From Antedon mediterranea (taxonomy: Eukaryota > Animalia > Echinodermata), in the NCBI RefSeq assembly GCF_964355755.1, contig NC_092671.1, forward strand, positions 27,168,070-27,232,069: 64,000 nt of DNA, read 5' to 3'. The translations under genes were made by a program, and so were the position numbers. Position 1 is the stretch's first letter; each line of letters opens with the position of its first letter. Below are positions 52,354 to 64,000 of this stretch, in pieces. The notes beneath the pieces were generated by a model. The model saw only the letters and a program-made list of their open reading frames with translations. It had not been told where the DNA came from and did no database searches.

Positions 52354-53934
52354 TGTTTATCTGTTTATACTGTGGGCCTAAATAGGACAGGGATCATTCG
52401 ATTGCAGTCGCTTCAAGATGATATTTACAGTATGGCGATATACTACAGGCTGTTGAGTGAAGTGAGACAAGATATGCCTGATGGCAGTTGTTGAAATCAA
52501 ATACAGTACTTTAATCAATGAATAGCATGGGTTAAAGTCTATGCCTATTATCTAAACTGAAAGAAATTTATAATGTTCCACTTGGTTAAATCTTTTATGC
52601 AGGTAAGGTCGGTGACTATTTGCAGTCTAGTAAATTCCTGGTATGTATGGACAAATTTCTGATTAATTGTGTTAACAAACTATGAAATATCATTCACTGT
52701 ACCAGATAAAAGTTAATAAAAGGTCTGTCGTTATGTAATCAAATATGTTGCTTAGCATCCATTAGGATTGGGATGTTATTGATACAGGTATTATTGAAAT
52801 CTTTCTCAGGCCAAGGCAATCTAAAAACAGGACACTGAACTCGCCTTGTCAATATAGAAACTCGTAACAGTCTTATGACTTTATGTATGCAAAAAATATC
52901 GCAGTAATGTACTACCGTCCATATTCTCCACAGCGCGGTGTCTCTTAAAGGAAAGGAACACCCTGGGCTAAATGTGCCACTGTGCTTATAGATAAATGTA
53001 ATAAAAACATGATTACAATGGTTCAAGGTACAATAGTAAGCAATTTAGTTAAAAAATAGACTTTTAAACGACAAAATATCGGAAATTGAACAGCGCCATT
53101 TTGACAGGTTAAGAGCAATTATGTGACGTCAGATTAGGTGGACGCATTCAAGCAAATCCAAGCGCCCATCGTCTTAGTACAGTATTTCAATATGGAAGTG
53201 CGGGATATAACCATAAATAAAATCAATTAAATAGCCTAACATACCTAATATTTTCGGAATATGGCTTGGAGTTTTTATAATTCAAAAAATTTGGAACCAG
53301 AATATACAGAAAGAGAGTTAGTTTTGCGTCGTGCTGATGAGGAAAAAAGAAGAAAAGAAGAACATTCTCGAGCATAACAAGCCGTCGAAGAATGGTGTAT
53401 ATTCGGCCAGTGTATCTGTACTGTATGCCTTACTAGGCCTAGAACTCGTGTTGAACGAAAATAAAGTAGACACTGCATCGTCAACCAACAGCCTCCGTTT
53501 CGAAGGTTTGCCAGTTAATTCCCCTACCAAATCCCGTTTGAAACAGCTAGGCAATAAAAGTAACAATAGATTAACAATAGCTGAAAGATTTACGAATTGG
53601 CTTGCAGAAGAAAAGATCGATCGAAGGTTTGTTTACCAAGCCAGCGCAGCGTTGCCAGCGATAAAATTTAAATTATGCCGTATCCTGTCTCAAATAATGC
53701 CAGATTGGGAAAAATAATGCCAGATCCCCAAAATGTGGCCCTAAACAGCGCCACCAACGGTTGTATGTCTAATAAACGTTTGTAAACCCCAACTGACACA
53801 AAATAGGGCCTAAAATTGTATCCCCATGTCATACAAAATTTATATTTTTAGTTTTGTGAGTAATAACTAATACTTCTAAATATCTGGGGTGTGAAAATGG
53901 TAATTGCAAATGACACCAACACCAACCAAAATTT

Positions 53935-54900
53935 GGAAAAATACAGCTACTCGATGGCCGGAAATGGCACTTAATTTAAAATATGAAATAAAAATATGTT
54001 TATTAGTGTCTCCATGATCTTAGCCCACCATAGTTCGAAAATGGCAATTATAATTTAAAATAGGAAATCAAAATATATATTAATTGTGTCTCCAGGACCT
54101 CAGCCCCAACCATGATGGGGCTGAGGTAAGAAAATTTGAAAAATATAGAGCTGCTCAATGGCCGGAAATGGCACTTAATTTCAAATATAAAATAAAAATA
54201 TATTTATTAGTACCTCCAGGATCTTAGCCCATGATAGTTTTGAAAGTGCCAATTATAATTTAAAATAGGAAATAAAAATATATATTAAGTGTTTCCAGGA
54301 CCTCAGCCCCACCATGGTTGGGGCTGAGGTAAAACAAATTGGAAAAATAGAGCTGCTAGATGGCCGGAAATGGCACTTAATTTAAAATATGAAATGAAAA
54401 TATATTTATTAGTGTCTCCATGATCTTAGCCCACCATAGTTCGAAAATGGCAATTATAATTTAAAATAGGAAATCAAAATATATATTAATTGTGTCTCCA
54501 GGACCTCAGCCCCAACCATGATGGGGCTGAGGTAAGAAAATTTGAAAAATATAGAGCTGCTCAATGGCCGGAAATGGCACTTAATTTCAAATATAAAATA
54601 AAAATATATTTATTAGTACCTCCAGGATCTTAGCCCATGATAGTTTTGAAAGTGCCAATTATAATTTATAATAGGAAATAAAAATATATATTAAGTGTTT
54701 CCAGGACCTCAGCCCCACCATGGTTGGGGCTGAGGTAAAACAAATTGGAAAAATAGAGCTGCTAGATGGCCGGAAATTGCACTTAATTTTAAATAACAAT
54801 GTATAAGAGTCCCTAGGACCTCGCCCCATCATGGTCACTGAGAGGTGAAGAAAATTTGGAAATATAGGGTTGCTACGACGATGCAAATGGAACATAATTT
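53935..54900. repeat. ~203-bp tandem repeat with a 406-bp higher-order unit
   Basis: atggccggaa at 53954, 54158, 54360, 54564 and 54766 (spacing 204/202/204/202). Confidence 0.92.
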
Positions 54901-55786
54901 GAAATATGGAAAACAAATTCTCTAGAAGAAATTCTTTTTAAAATTAGAGCTTCTAGTTACCGGAAATTGCCATTTTAAGGGTTGGGGTAGGGGTATGGCC
55001 GCTTATAATTATGAACTGAAAAAACAAAACCCCTTTCATAATGTTTTCGTTCAATTGTCTCTACTAGATTTCGCTCGCGTACCATCTAGTTCGTGCCCAC
55101 AGATGGTTCTCGAATACATAGTCATTTCAGCGTAAAAAAACTGTCGGTTTCAAATGTACGTACGGCAGGACTATAAAACATTGTCGTTTACAGAAACAAA
55201 TAAATAGACACAATGATTTATGTAGTCAACCAAAATTAGCACCTAGAAACTTGTCACAAAATGAGTCGAAATTTGTTATTTGGACTCATTTTAACAAACC
55301 CAATTTTTTTTATTCTTTATATTTCTTTATTATCCAATCATTAACGAAATATTTTTTTATAGGCCTATAAATAATATACCACTAAATAGAGTAAAACATT
55401 TCCGATTTAATACTTTATTAAAACTGTCACTGTCTCATGGTCGATTGAAATAGTAAAGTACATTTAAAGACCACTAATACGTTTATATTTTTGTAATTAT
55501 TAATTAATACAAACGTTGAGAAACAATTGACAGTAATAAAGTATTATATAATTATGTGTTTATAATCTGAAAGTAGGGGCTACCAACACTCACAGTGATA
55601 TAGTTTATTAGTATATTTGTTTATATTATATCTAACAGTACCAACACACTTTTGATTCAAATGGCGATCAAAAGTGGTTAATACCTATTTGCAGTATTGT
55701 ATAGCATTACAATACTATTTCTGTTTATTCTTCAAGGGTCTATAAATTTACCTACTTGTGTTAAACCATGGAGGTATGCAATAATT

Positions 55787-57600
55787 TGGAATGTTCCATT
55801 CATTGAAAATCAATACATTTCTATAAACGTATATTAAATCTATCAAAATAGTATTTTTTAAAGAAAATCGGCCTGTCTTCAACATTATGATGCTGTACTC
55901 TAGCTGTTCAACCGGTTTTCAGCTATTAAAAACAATTATCATAGGAGGAGATAGGAAAATGCGAAGCCTCCTCGCATTTTTGTGGCGGGTATTTTTCAAG
56001 ATGGACATCCATTAGACAGTGTATACCACGATCGGAAAACACCCTATTTGGGGCAAATCGTTGAACCTAAATTCGTTTTAATCGTCAATAACTACTTATC
56101 TAACTTAATTTAATTAGTAAACAGGGTTACATCAGGTGGTTAAAATCAGTACCGAAAGTACGAACCAACTTTATATACCATCGAGTAAAAATTCTAGAAG
56201 TAAGGCGCAGTTTGCCGAATTTTGCCCTTACGCTGGGGATCCAATAACCTGCATGGTCTCTGAAATAGAGCAACATAATTGGCCAATAGCTAGCCTCTTC
56301 GGATTTGTTGTGCTGCCTATATCGCAGACACGGTAGTTTTTGAGCAGCCTTCCTATCCGAAGAGTCGATTAAGTCCGAAACGAAAGGATGGAAGAACTAT
56401 TGTACGGAAAACCCGAACAGATCTGTTTTGTATGATATGATATTGTGTAAGGTGATATGTATTAACAAAATATTTTATTTTTGTTCTGTGGTATATTATT
56501 TTTTTGGTTGTTCAAAAAACACAAAATTATGCCAGATTATGCTAAAAACGGCTAAATAATGCCGCGGCATTATGCCAGATGCCGTGGGCCTCCAAATAAT
56601 GCCAAAAAGCATAATAATGCCAGAAATGGCAACTATGAGCCAGCGCATGCTCATACCGTGTCATCGCCGTCCTGCATGACCGCATGTCGCGTTATTAGCC
56701 AATCATATTAGCGGATTCGCTTAGCCAATAGAAGCGCTGAATGCAACCGCGAATCTTAAAATTTTCGTCGGCCGTATCTGACGTCACAAACAGGCTGCCA
56801 TGAGCACAAGATGGCGATTTTCAAATGTCTTGAAAACAGCTTTAAAATCCTGTTTACTAGAAAACTACAAATCCGATTTAAACATAAATTGTGCTGAATA
56901 TTAAGTTGGTAGGGTTACTTTTATAATAGTTAGGTAAGATATTAGGGTGTTCCTTTCCTTTAAGGGCGTGGAACTGATCGTACGCAGCAACAGATAAACA
57001 CATTGATCTCCGAATCCTGTTGTTGGGCTGTTTTGCTCATACCACCCAGGCTGTGTATATATGTAGAACACTTGTTTTAGAATATTTTCTGTCATGTCAC
57101 CCATTAAATTAGTCATAATACACTATTATTTATTCTTTTTTTAGTTTTTATTTTATTAAGAAAAACTACAGATACTATGTTAAATAGAACATAAATCCAG
57201 TCATATAAATACGAGACTGAGAGATTGGAATGTTCCATTCATCACAAATCAATACATTTGTATAAACGTATATTAAATCTATCAAAATAGTATTTATTTT
57301 TTTAAAATAAAATCGGCCTTTCTTCAACATTATGATGCTGTACTCGAGCTGTCCAACCGGATTTCAATTATTAAAAACAATTATCATAGAAGGAGACAGG
57401 TAAATTTGAAGAATCCTCGTATTATTGTGTGCGGGTATTTTTCAAGATGGACATCCATTAGACACTGTATACTACGATCAGATATTTGGGGAAAATTGTT
57501 GAACCTAAATTCGTTTTAATTTAATTAATAACTAATTATCTAACTCAATTTAATTAGTAAACAGGGTTACATCAGGTGGCTAAAATCAGTACCGAAAGTA
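55787..57600. repeat. ~375-bp direct repeats (55787-56160 and 57225-57600)
   Basis: ttggaatgttccattcat...aaaatcagtaccgaaagta occurs twice, with scattered mismatches. Confidence 0.88.
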
Positions 57601-58218
57601 AATACGTAAATGTATAGATACAAAAGTGTGGCAGGAAATACCTAGTTACATATAAACAAACAAAATGACTCGCCATTTGATGCTTTGTATTTTTGTAAAA
57701 TTGTTAGTTTTTTCGAATAATCTTGTTGAGATACTACTTTCCATTTGAAATGAAAGATATTTGAAAGTCAAAACATCTAAATACTTCCATATATAACTTA
57801 TAAGCACGATATCCGAATCGATCATTACAAATAAACAGGTGAAAAGAACATTAAATTCATTTTAACAATTAACTGAATTTGAGATGTGCACTTGGCCTAC
57901 TGGCTCGTGTATGAATTCCGCGGGTTTAACAGTAAATCTCCACAAAAACGTTATTATTGACTTGGCAAGATCTTTATGTCTAAACATGTACGGTATTGGA
58001 AATATCGGCATCTATTTATTATTTTGATGTAGTATTGTTTGTAGGCCTATACTCAAGATATTTATGTACAAAACAATAACTAATTGTAAAACTTTAGGTT
58101 TCAAAATCCCCTTTCATTTTTTTAATTAGTTATAAAAAGGAAGCATAATTAGGAAAGGCTAGAAACGTTATTATGAAATAAGTAGATTTGATAAAGCGTA
58201 AATATAAACTTACTGCTA

Positions 58219-58542
58219 AATAAACACAAAAGGCAAAGAACATTAATTCTAAACCGCCCGGTGATATGAAATTTAATTAATTAATTTGAAACGATAAAGA
58301 TGAGGAAATCTGTGAGAATGAGAAAAAGTCGCCCCAACTGAGACTCGAACTCGGACCGCCTGCTTGATTAGACCACTGGGGCTTTCATCAAATTGATACG
58401 TCCTCATCTTTCAGTATTTTTATTCACGAGGTGGGATCTCCGAAGAGATACTTTTATATATATAAACACAACAGGCAAAGAACATTAATTCTAAACCGCC
58501 CGGTGATATACTGAAATTTAATTAATTAATTTGAAACGATAA
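58219..58542 (-). mobile_element. Second copy of the repeat-tRNA-repeat family (tRNA part internally deleted, 58330-58382)
   Basis: Reverse complement matches the ~90-bp repeat at 46400 and 46984 twice. It also matches the tRNA-like sequence, which lacks the end of the D arm and the 5' anticodon stem. Confidence 0.85.
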
Positions 58543-58779
58543 AATATAGTTACATTTGATTGTACGTTACAGAATGGATAGATGAATACATTCCTTCATC
58601 GCCATGTGTTTACAAAGTGCGTGTACGTTTGTTTTACTACAACAACTGCATAATCGTAACAGGGAGTTGTTATTTAGATTAAAACTCCCTGATCGTACCT
58701 AATCGTCACAATCGTTCATTGTTAATTTTCACCGCTTTTCGTGGCCAAAATTAAACCAATTCAAAACATGCACACTGTC

Positions 58780-58875
58780 AACAGCCAATAGGACACGTCA
58801 CGCTTACATATAACTGCCAAAAAGCCCTCATTTGCATATCTACGACTATAAGAACAAAGCTTGTTTAACAATCCA
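58780..58875 (+). promoter_or_regulatory. Candidate promoter/enhancer cluster
   Basis: CCAAT, CRE-like CACGTCA, octamer ATTTGCAT and Sox-like AACAAAG/AACAAT within about 90 bp; potential donor gaaag|gtaacc near 59030. Confidence 0.3.
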
Positions 58876-61619
58876 TCATTGAAATGTTTTCATTCTAAGT
58901 AGAAGAGACTGAAATTGTGAAACATGCCAAATAAAATCCCAAAAACTTTTGACGAACTTCAACTGGAATTCCTCAATAGTGTGGATCCACCACGACTTCC
59001 GGCGGTGAATAAGCAGAAGACAATGAAAGGTAACCCGTGTTTGGCCGACTGCATTGTGTGCGTCAAGAGAAGGGTTGTTGCCAGGCAGTATTAACAATGC
59101 CATTTGTCCGTGGCTACTGTACCCGTGGTCCTGTCATTATTTCCGTTTTAATTAAAATTTCAAAAAGATATTTTCCTCACCTGCGTTCACACTACCTCAA
59201 AAGCATTACATTTTTATTGTATAATGTTTTATAAATAAAGGATGGATTAAAAAGATACGAACAGACGCTACTTTAAAGTGAACTTTGATTTATTTTGATA
59301 ATTTTACAGTTTTTACAAATAATTTTTACTGTGAACATGACGCTCTTGCGTACAATATGTTTTGTAGTAATGTATTTGTTATATCTAACACAGAGTGGAT
59401 CCACGCATGGGACTGCTTGAAGGAAAGTGAATTAACTCATCTAATTCTTAGTAGTGCGTTTGTCCGCAGTCAGATTCCATCCTTTCGTTTTTGCGTTTCG
59501 ATCAATGCATGTAACGCGTTCCAGATTCAGAGTTCGTCGGAGAACGCAATGAAATGTGACGCACTCATTTGGGAAGGAGAAATATGAATTCAGAGAAAAC
59601 AGTTTTTCACATTTTTGTTGTCAAGTAAACTTAGCGAATCCTAGAAAGACCTAGCCAGTAATGCATTTTACTGAATGATTGTTACATTGTATTAATTTTT
59701 ATATAGACTGAGTGTTTGTTTCTAAAAACGCGTTCTTGGTTTGGAAGCTCTGAATCGACGTCCGGTGGATGAATATCTGAATAGAAATTTGATACCGTTG
59801 GGCGATGTTTATATTGAATTATATCATAATATGTCCTACATATATTGCTTGTTTATGATGAATAATATTTTATTCTTTTCATAAGTTATTTATTTAATGA
59901 AATATTCTATAAGTATCATGCAATTGAAATAATTATTGAATAGAAGGTTACGTTTTGAGTTATATGATAGGTAATCAATTGCGTTATTGTACAATTGTAT
60001 TTGGTGCAAGTAGTGACTTTCTTAACCATGACGACTTGTGAGTCCAAGGTTGGTGCTGCAAACCCTGGTTACGATGTTGAGTTGCGTTGAATTAATCGGA
60101 TTAAACAAATTTACAGGAAAGGGGGTCAAAATAACGCTTAACAAATCGTTAATATAATGGTTCACAAATTACGTCATCGCAATTTGTGGAAAAAAATACG
60201 TACGCAATGGCAATTCTTGCATTTTTACAATTTGACGGTGTTTTAACCTCTTTTGTACACTTTTAAGATCTGGTATTTTAAAATAATAAGTGTAAGCCAA
60301 ACTAAAAAAGATAATACAAACGCATCCTAATTTTTAGTCGAGTGTAACTTTGCGTATGCGACTGCAGCCATGTCTGGCCTTGTTGTAAAATTCAACACAA
60401 CTCGCCGTAACGTGACGTCGACTGGAAAACAGGCTTAGTGAAATTAGCGAAATGATTTCTGCGTTTACAAATACCTTTTACTCATAATATAACTCCCACC
60501 ACCCAACCCATTATTTTTTACCAACTAATACTTACTGTGATCATTATCCATTTAAAATATATATCATTTTATTTGGACATTTTTATGCTAAGCAACAGCA
60601 TGAAGCAATAATTTAATATAACAGTATTTTTGTTAAATGTAGTAAAATCTATTATTTGATTAATTTCAACATATATTATTTTGACCAAAATGAAACATTT
60701 TAAAAAAAATTATCATTTGGTCCGTTACTGTCGTTCATCCAAACACATACAAATACGTATGACATTAAGTACATTGACATAGCTAACATAATACAATTTT
60801 ACACGTGTTCGAGGAACACTATGGTAATTAGATGACGACATCTGGGCCACAGAATTCAAAATATACACACACTGATAAAATATATAAACGGATGCAGTTT
60901 GACGCTGAAAACGATATCGCGTGAAATAAAAGCTATGTTAATTGTTTGGACGGAAAAACAGAGAAAAAGAGAAATGACCCATGAGGTCGAATAAAATAGA
61001 AATTCCCCACGATATTATGTGCCACTTCGTAGCCAACAATCATTTTGGAATCGCCAATGAAGGCAGACCTTAAACAATTTTAAGCCACGCTAGCCCTAAG
61101 TTGTTTAATTAATTAAATTAACAGTAGGTGTGTTACAAAACAAATAATGAATGCTTTTTTTTGCTAGGCTCGATTTTATTCTTGAAATTATTAACAAAAG
61201 GCAAGGAATATGCCTAATTCAGGAATAAAAGGATAGTAAAAAGCAAGAGCTGAATTGTTCCTCATTTATCATTATCTCATTATAAATCAGATTTTCTTTT
61301 GGTAAATCAAATACCTAACACGAATTCCAGTAATTATGAAAAGCTCATAGGATGAATTAGACTACTGTAGTTCGTTTTATTAATTTAAATTCGTTAACCA
61401 ATAAAAACAAATTTAATAATCACGTAATGCTTGTAATTGCTTGAACACGTGCATCTGACGACAAGTATTATTGTGTAAACTAGCGTGATGTTGCCAAACA
61501 AAGGTAAAGGTAAATTGATTATTTTTCCTTCTTCGCTTTGGTATACGTTTCACGTTTGACGGATTCTCTTCAAACGTTTTTATTTGCGAGAAAGGTAAGT
61601 TGAAACTTTCAACATTTTA

Positions 61620-61777
61620 AAAGATTAGATAGATGACAATATTTCTTTTTGATTATTAGATCAGCAATCTTTAACAACTACTGATTTCAAAGATTAGATA
61701 GATGACAATATTTCTTTTTGATTATTAGATCAGCAATCTTTAACAACTACTGATTTCAAAGATTAGATAGATGACAA
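61620..61777. repeat. 69-bp tandem duplication (2.3 copies)
   Basis: aaagattagatagatgacaa at 61620, 61689 and 61758. Confidence 0.9.
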
Positions 61778-62539
61778 CACAATGCACCATGTGCTTTCAT
61801 ACTGCACTAAATATTGACTTGAGAGTCAATTCAGGTTTTTAGTTATTATGTGAAGGGATTTACATGTTATATATTTGCCCTTTAAATTAGCTTAAGACCT
61901 TTTCTGCTGAGCAAGAAAAGACAGATTGAAAAAATAAACCGTATTTTGAAAGAACGGCAAAAATAAAAATAACCGATTTTTAATACAGTTTTAAAATCCC
62001 GCGGTTTTAAAAAGGGTTTTCATCATAAAAATTAAAGAAAATACAGTGAAACTTTAAGGGGACACCTTCGGGACCCACAAGGTGTCTTTTTATGTGATGT
62101 TCAGTTGAATAGTCATGGTTGGTCATAATATTCGTTTTACAGAAAAATGTCCCAATAATAGAGATGTCCCTGAGTATGTAGTGTTCCAAAGAATTGTTTC
62201 AGTATATAATATTGAAATGTTATCTAGTTCGTGCTCATTGGAGTAATTACTATACAGTATAACATACTGAAGTACTGTACATGGATAATCCTTGTTACTC
62301 GTTATTCTACTTTTTACTCGGCCTATGGAAACGTCCTACAGCGTGGAAGTAAAGATCGGTGTTTTCAGACCTAAGTCTAATAATAACTTTAAAAAGTTAT
62401 AATCGATTATTAAGTTGTAACCGTAGGCTTAAATAATTCATGAAAAAAATGTGTAGTTAATCATTTTGTTCATTTCATATGTTTTTGCGATTTAGATGAG
62501 CTGATTTTATTTGGTTTTGAAAAGTTTGTCATTGTAATT

Positions 62540-62609
62540 ATGAAGACTACTGTTATGTTTGTTGTCATCTGTATGTTTGTTACTTCTTATGTATTGAGTA
62601 GCATAGTTG
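62540..62609 (+). CDS. Signal-peptide exon of a secreted or membrane C-type lectin domain protein
   Basis: MKTTVMFVVICMFVTSYVLSSIV followed by a gtaagt donor in phase 1. Confidence 0.7.
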
Positions 62610-63840
62610 GTAAGTATAGGGCAAATGGCATTAATTATTATTTATTGTTATTGCTTAAGGTAATATTGTTTTATCAGTGAGAAAGTCGTTTGGATTAAAA
62701 TACAAAATCCGGAAAATTATCTAAAATATTTACGGTAGCTAGTCAGTGGATTATGTTTAAAATAATACTAAATCTAACTAAAAAGACAAACATTTCAGAA
62801 AAAAACAAAATCGACAAATAGTCAAGTGATCATAAAATAATATGGTTACATTTTACCAGCTTCTTTTTGTTTTGTATTGAGTTCTTTGTAATTACAGTAT
62901 TATCATAATCATCAGTCATCTTCATCATCATCACCTGGAAGAATTGTTTTTGTTTTACATTATTATTATTATTTCTTTTCTCTTCTTCTTCTTTGCTCTT
63001 AAATTCAATATTCCTTCTTGTTCTTTCCTTCAACTTTGCCTTGTACTCTGTCTTATTTCATGTTGTCTATCATTATTGTTTCCTTCAATTATTTTTGTCA
63101 TTTTTGTATACATTTTCTCAACATTGAATCATGACATTGTTAGCCTTGTATTAACTCTTGGGCTTTGAGCTGTAACTTTTTTTTATCAAAGGCCATAAAG
63201 CTTGGTTTCCATCAGAGACACAACGCAAGGACGTAAGCGCAACGTAAGTGATTTGATTATTCGAAGATTCTCGCTTGTCATAGGTCCATTCACTTGCGTT
63301 CCGCCAACGAACTTGTATTGCGTCAATAGGGAGCTTTCGCACGAGAACATAAACGTTAACTTTAACGCTATTTCAGAATTACACAAAGCTTTCACGTGCA
63401 TCGAGTTCTTAGTTCTGACCAAAGGGTCGAAACACAAAACTATTCATTATGAAGACTGGTCGTTTAAGTTGCAGCCGTATTTTGAAAATAAGGAGATGAT
63501 GCATGTTGATCTCGGGAGTGGGGGAGGATTGAGTATTTTTGAGTTTATAAAATAAAGTTAGAGTTCAACCAAATTTGTTTATTCGTACTGTTTTATTAAT
63601 TTGCTATGAGTTGCTGATCGGAAACGTTGGGGTGGGTTACTATTTGCAGGTGCCTAATTTAGGATTAGTAATACTAACCTACTACTCTAATAGTAACCCC
63701 TTCTAATAGTAATTAACACTAAAAAACTATCAAAGAATAATAACCCAGTGTTACAATTAGAAGATTTAAGGTATGTAAATGAGTAGAATGTTTATGATAA
63801 GCCTGATACAGTAATGGTATTATTATTATTATTCTTAAAG

Positions 63841-64000
63841 GGCCTGTTTGTCAGGATGTGTGGTATCCGTTTGGTCGCCGTTGCTATAGATTCTTTAATG
63901 AGAAGCTGAACTGGATGGATTCACTAGAAGAATGCAATAGACATTCAGCAACGCTAGTTACGGTTAATACCGACACCGTTAGTACGTTTATGAGTGAACT
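63841..64000 (+). CDS. C-type lectin domain exon (3'-partial)
   Basis: ttcttaaag acceptor; GPVCQDVWYPFGRRCYRFFNEKLNWMDSLEECNRHSATLVTVNT, the classic CTLD start C...W..F...CY.F.....W......C.....LV. Confidence 0.88.

Noticed and set aside
53331-53717. 128-aa ORF as a gene
   Set aside because: Non-ATG start and no recognisable domain; it lies in transposon-like sequence.
63202-63555. 117-aa ORF
   Set aside because: It sits in the lectin gene intron and overlaps MITE-like sequence (agcttggtttcca...gcaacgtaagtga), related to about 12493-12600.

Overview
AT-rich, repeat-dense animal genomic DNA. It is probably a marine invertebrate deuterostome (inferred from a Deu/Nin-type SINE; not proven). Three spliced genes can be reconstructed by hand. 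(1) The 3' part of a neurabin-1/PPP1R9A-like gene (+), with 11 phase-consistent exons at 6821-38173 encoding a coiled coil, a Ser-rich linker and a SAM domain, plus a candidate alternative terminal exon at 17206-17324. (2) A complete 4-exon clan-2 cytochrome P450 (-, 52353-47242, 513 aa). (3) The 5' end of a secreted C-type lectin domain gene (+, 62540 to window end). Introns and intergenic DNA hold a full-length but disabled Ty3/Gypsy (Mag-like) LTR retrotransposon (24565-29311), many MITEs, Helentron/DINE-like elements, SINEs, a LINE 3' fragment, a palindromic 23-bp minisatellite and a 2.8-kb CAC...GTG foldback element. The most unusual locus is 46400-47087. There, direct repeats enclose an inverted repeat carrying a minimal type I hammerhead ribozyme, followed by a complete tRNA-like cloverleaf with anticodon ATC. 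A related repeat-tRNA-repeat copy lies at 58219-58542. All calls come from reading the sequence; no searches were run.
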